The translations under genes and the position numbers were made by a program. 31,585 nucleotides of DNA from an uncultured Nitrososphaerota archaeon (GTDB lineage Archaea; Korarchaeota; Korarchaeia; Korarchaeales; Korarchaeaceae): the NCBI GenBank assembly GCA_964480775.1, contig CAYZRF010000022.1:1-31585 (forward strand), given 5' to 3'. Each line of letters opens with the position of its first letter. Within the stretch, counting starts at the first letter, position 1. Under the pieces are notes generated by a model. The model saw only the letters and a list, made by a program, of their open reading frames with translations, did no database searches and had not been told where the DNA came from. Positions 30,811 to 31,585 of this stretch are shown piece after piece.

Positions 30811-31585
30811 ATGACTGATTTCAAAGAGCTCGTAGAGCTTGCAAAGAAGATCTCGATGACAAGCTCCAGAAACGAAAAGATCGATCTTGTCTCAAGATTC
30901 CTTAGGGATCTTGAGGAGGAAGAGGTAAGGAACGCTGTCCTGTTTTTATTAGGAAAAACGCTTCCTCCGGGTGATGAAAGGAAACTTGATGTTAACTGGA
31001 GGGCTTTGCTATCTGTTCTCAAAAGAATGACAGAAGCTAATAGTGAACAGCTATATGAGGTCTTGGTTCAGGCAGTTGATATAGGAGACGGATTTAAGAA
31101 GGCCTTAGAGAAATTTGGATCAAAAAAGCAGTCATTCCTCTTCGAACAAAAGCTTACAATTAAAGAGGTGGGTTCCTATTACGATAAGATAGCCTCTTTA
31201 AGGGGAGCAAGATCTCGAAAGCTTAAAGAAGAACTCCTTTTCTCCTTGTTTTCCCTTGCAGACACGGATGAAGTCGAATTCTTGGCCAGAAATTTGACTG
31301 GAGAGATGAGAATTGGTCTTCACGAGGGCCTTATGGAGGACGCGATTGCAAAGGCCTTCCAAATTCCAGCAAAGCTTGTTAGGAGGGCAGTTATGCTTAA
31401 CGGTGATATCTCGTTGGTGGCTTTGAAGGCGAAGAAGAGAGGAGCAAAGGCTCTAGAAAGCATAAGAATCGAGGTTTTTAGGCCGTTGAAGCCCATGTTA
31501 GCGATAGATGCTGACAGCATTGAGGAGGTCTTGAAAGAGTTTAAGAAAGCCTCGTTTGAATACAAATTAGACGGAATTAGGCTTC
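30811..31585 (+). CDS. lig: ATP-dependent DNA ligase (5' part; truncated by the window end)
   Basis: Frame 1 is open from ATG 30811 to the end of the window with no stop, so it is absent from the ORF track. The N-terminal DNA-binding-domain pattern is present (SSRNEKIDLVSRFL, LTGEMRIGLHEGL). Motif I, EYKLDGIR, with the adenylation Lys, lies at the last codons. Confidence 0.9.
   Translation, partial: MTDFKELVELAKKISMTSSRNEKIDLVSRFLRDLEEEEVRNAVLFLLGKTLPPGDERKLDVNWRALLSVLKRMTEANSEQLYEVLVQAVDIGDGFKKALEKFGSKKQSFLFEQKLTIKEVGSYYDKIASLRGARSRKLKEELLFSLFSLADTDEVEFLARNLTGEMRIGLHEGLMEDAIAKAFQIPAKLVRRAVMLNGDISLVALKAKKRGAKALESIRIEVFRPLKPMLAIDADSIEEVLKEFKKASFEYKLDGIRL

Noticed and set aside
30762-31022. 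86-aa minus-strand ORF (and 31320-31565, minus strand) at the right end.
   Set aside because: Both are antisense to the uninterrupted DNA ligase reading frame, which carries the EYKLDGIR adenylation motif.
1-31585. Scan for tRNA/rRNA genes, CRISPR repeats, IS elements or terminal inverted repeats, integrases and known defence-system genes.
   Set aside because: I found none by eye. There are no repeated spacers or repeats, no transposase-, integrase- or nuclease-like ORFs, and every intergenic region is 300 bp or shorter. A computational repeat, Infernal or tRNAscan run would be needed to be definitive.

Overview
The window is dense, apparently archaeal chromosomal DNA. Evidence for an archaeal origin: class-I HMG-CoA reductase, archaeal-type LeuRS, an ATP-dependent DNA ligase, TruD/Pus7, several single-domain KaiC-like ATPases, TATA-like boxes about 25-30 nt upstream of first genes, and oligo-T gene ends. 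Glu/Lys/Ile-rich proteins and AGR arginine codons suggest a thermophile. I support about 31 protein-coding features. One is a frameshifted radical-SAM pseudogene, and one is a DNA ligase gene truncated by the window end and absent from the ORF track. I saw no rRNA, tRNA, CRISPR array, IS element or long repeat. Housekeeping and metabolic genes: hmgA, leuS, truD, lig, carbamate kinase, a YgeW-like carbamoyltransferase, a ThrC-like PLP enzyme, IscS-like and IscU-like genes, a COG0402-type amidohydrolase, a YfcE-type phosphoesterase, an MBL hydrolase, an ICMT-family methyltransferase, a DUF3160-like secreted protein and an EndoIII-loop glycosylase-like protein. The most interesting region is about 3.2-13.3 kb. 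It holds a Pel-like exopolysaccharide gene set: a TPR-like protein, a PelF-like GT4, a PelG-like polytopic membrane protein and a PelX-like SDR epimerase, plus a second PelF-like GT with its own membrane partner. These genes surround a signalling module made of a KaiC-like ATPase, a Walker-A-degenerate KaiC domain fused to an MglA/CvnD-type small GTPase, a Roadblock/LC7 protein and another degenerate KaiC-like protein. No PelD-type c-di-GMP receptor is present. I propose that the nucleotide-switch module controls the synthase. All family assignments come from motif recognition by eye and need profile or structure searches to confirm.
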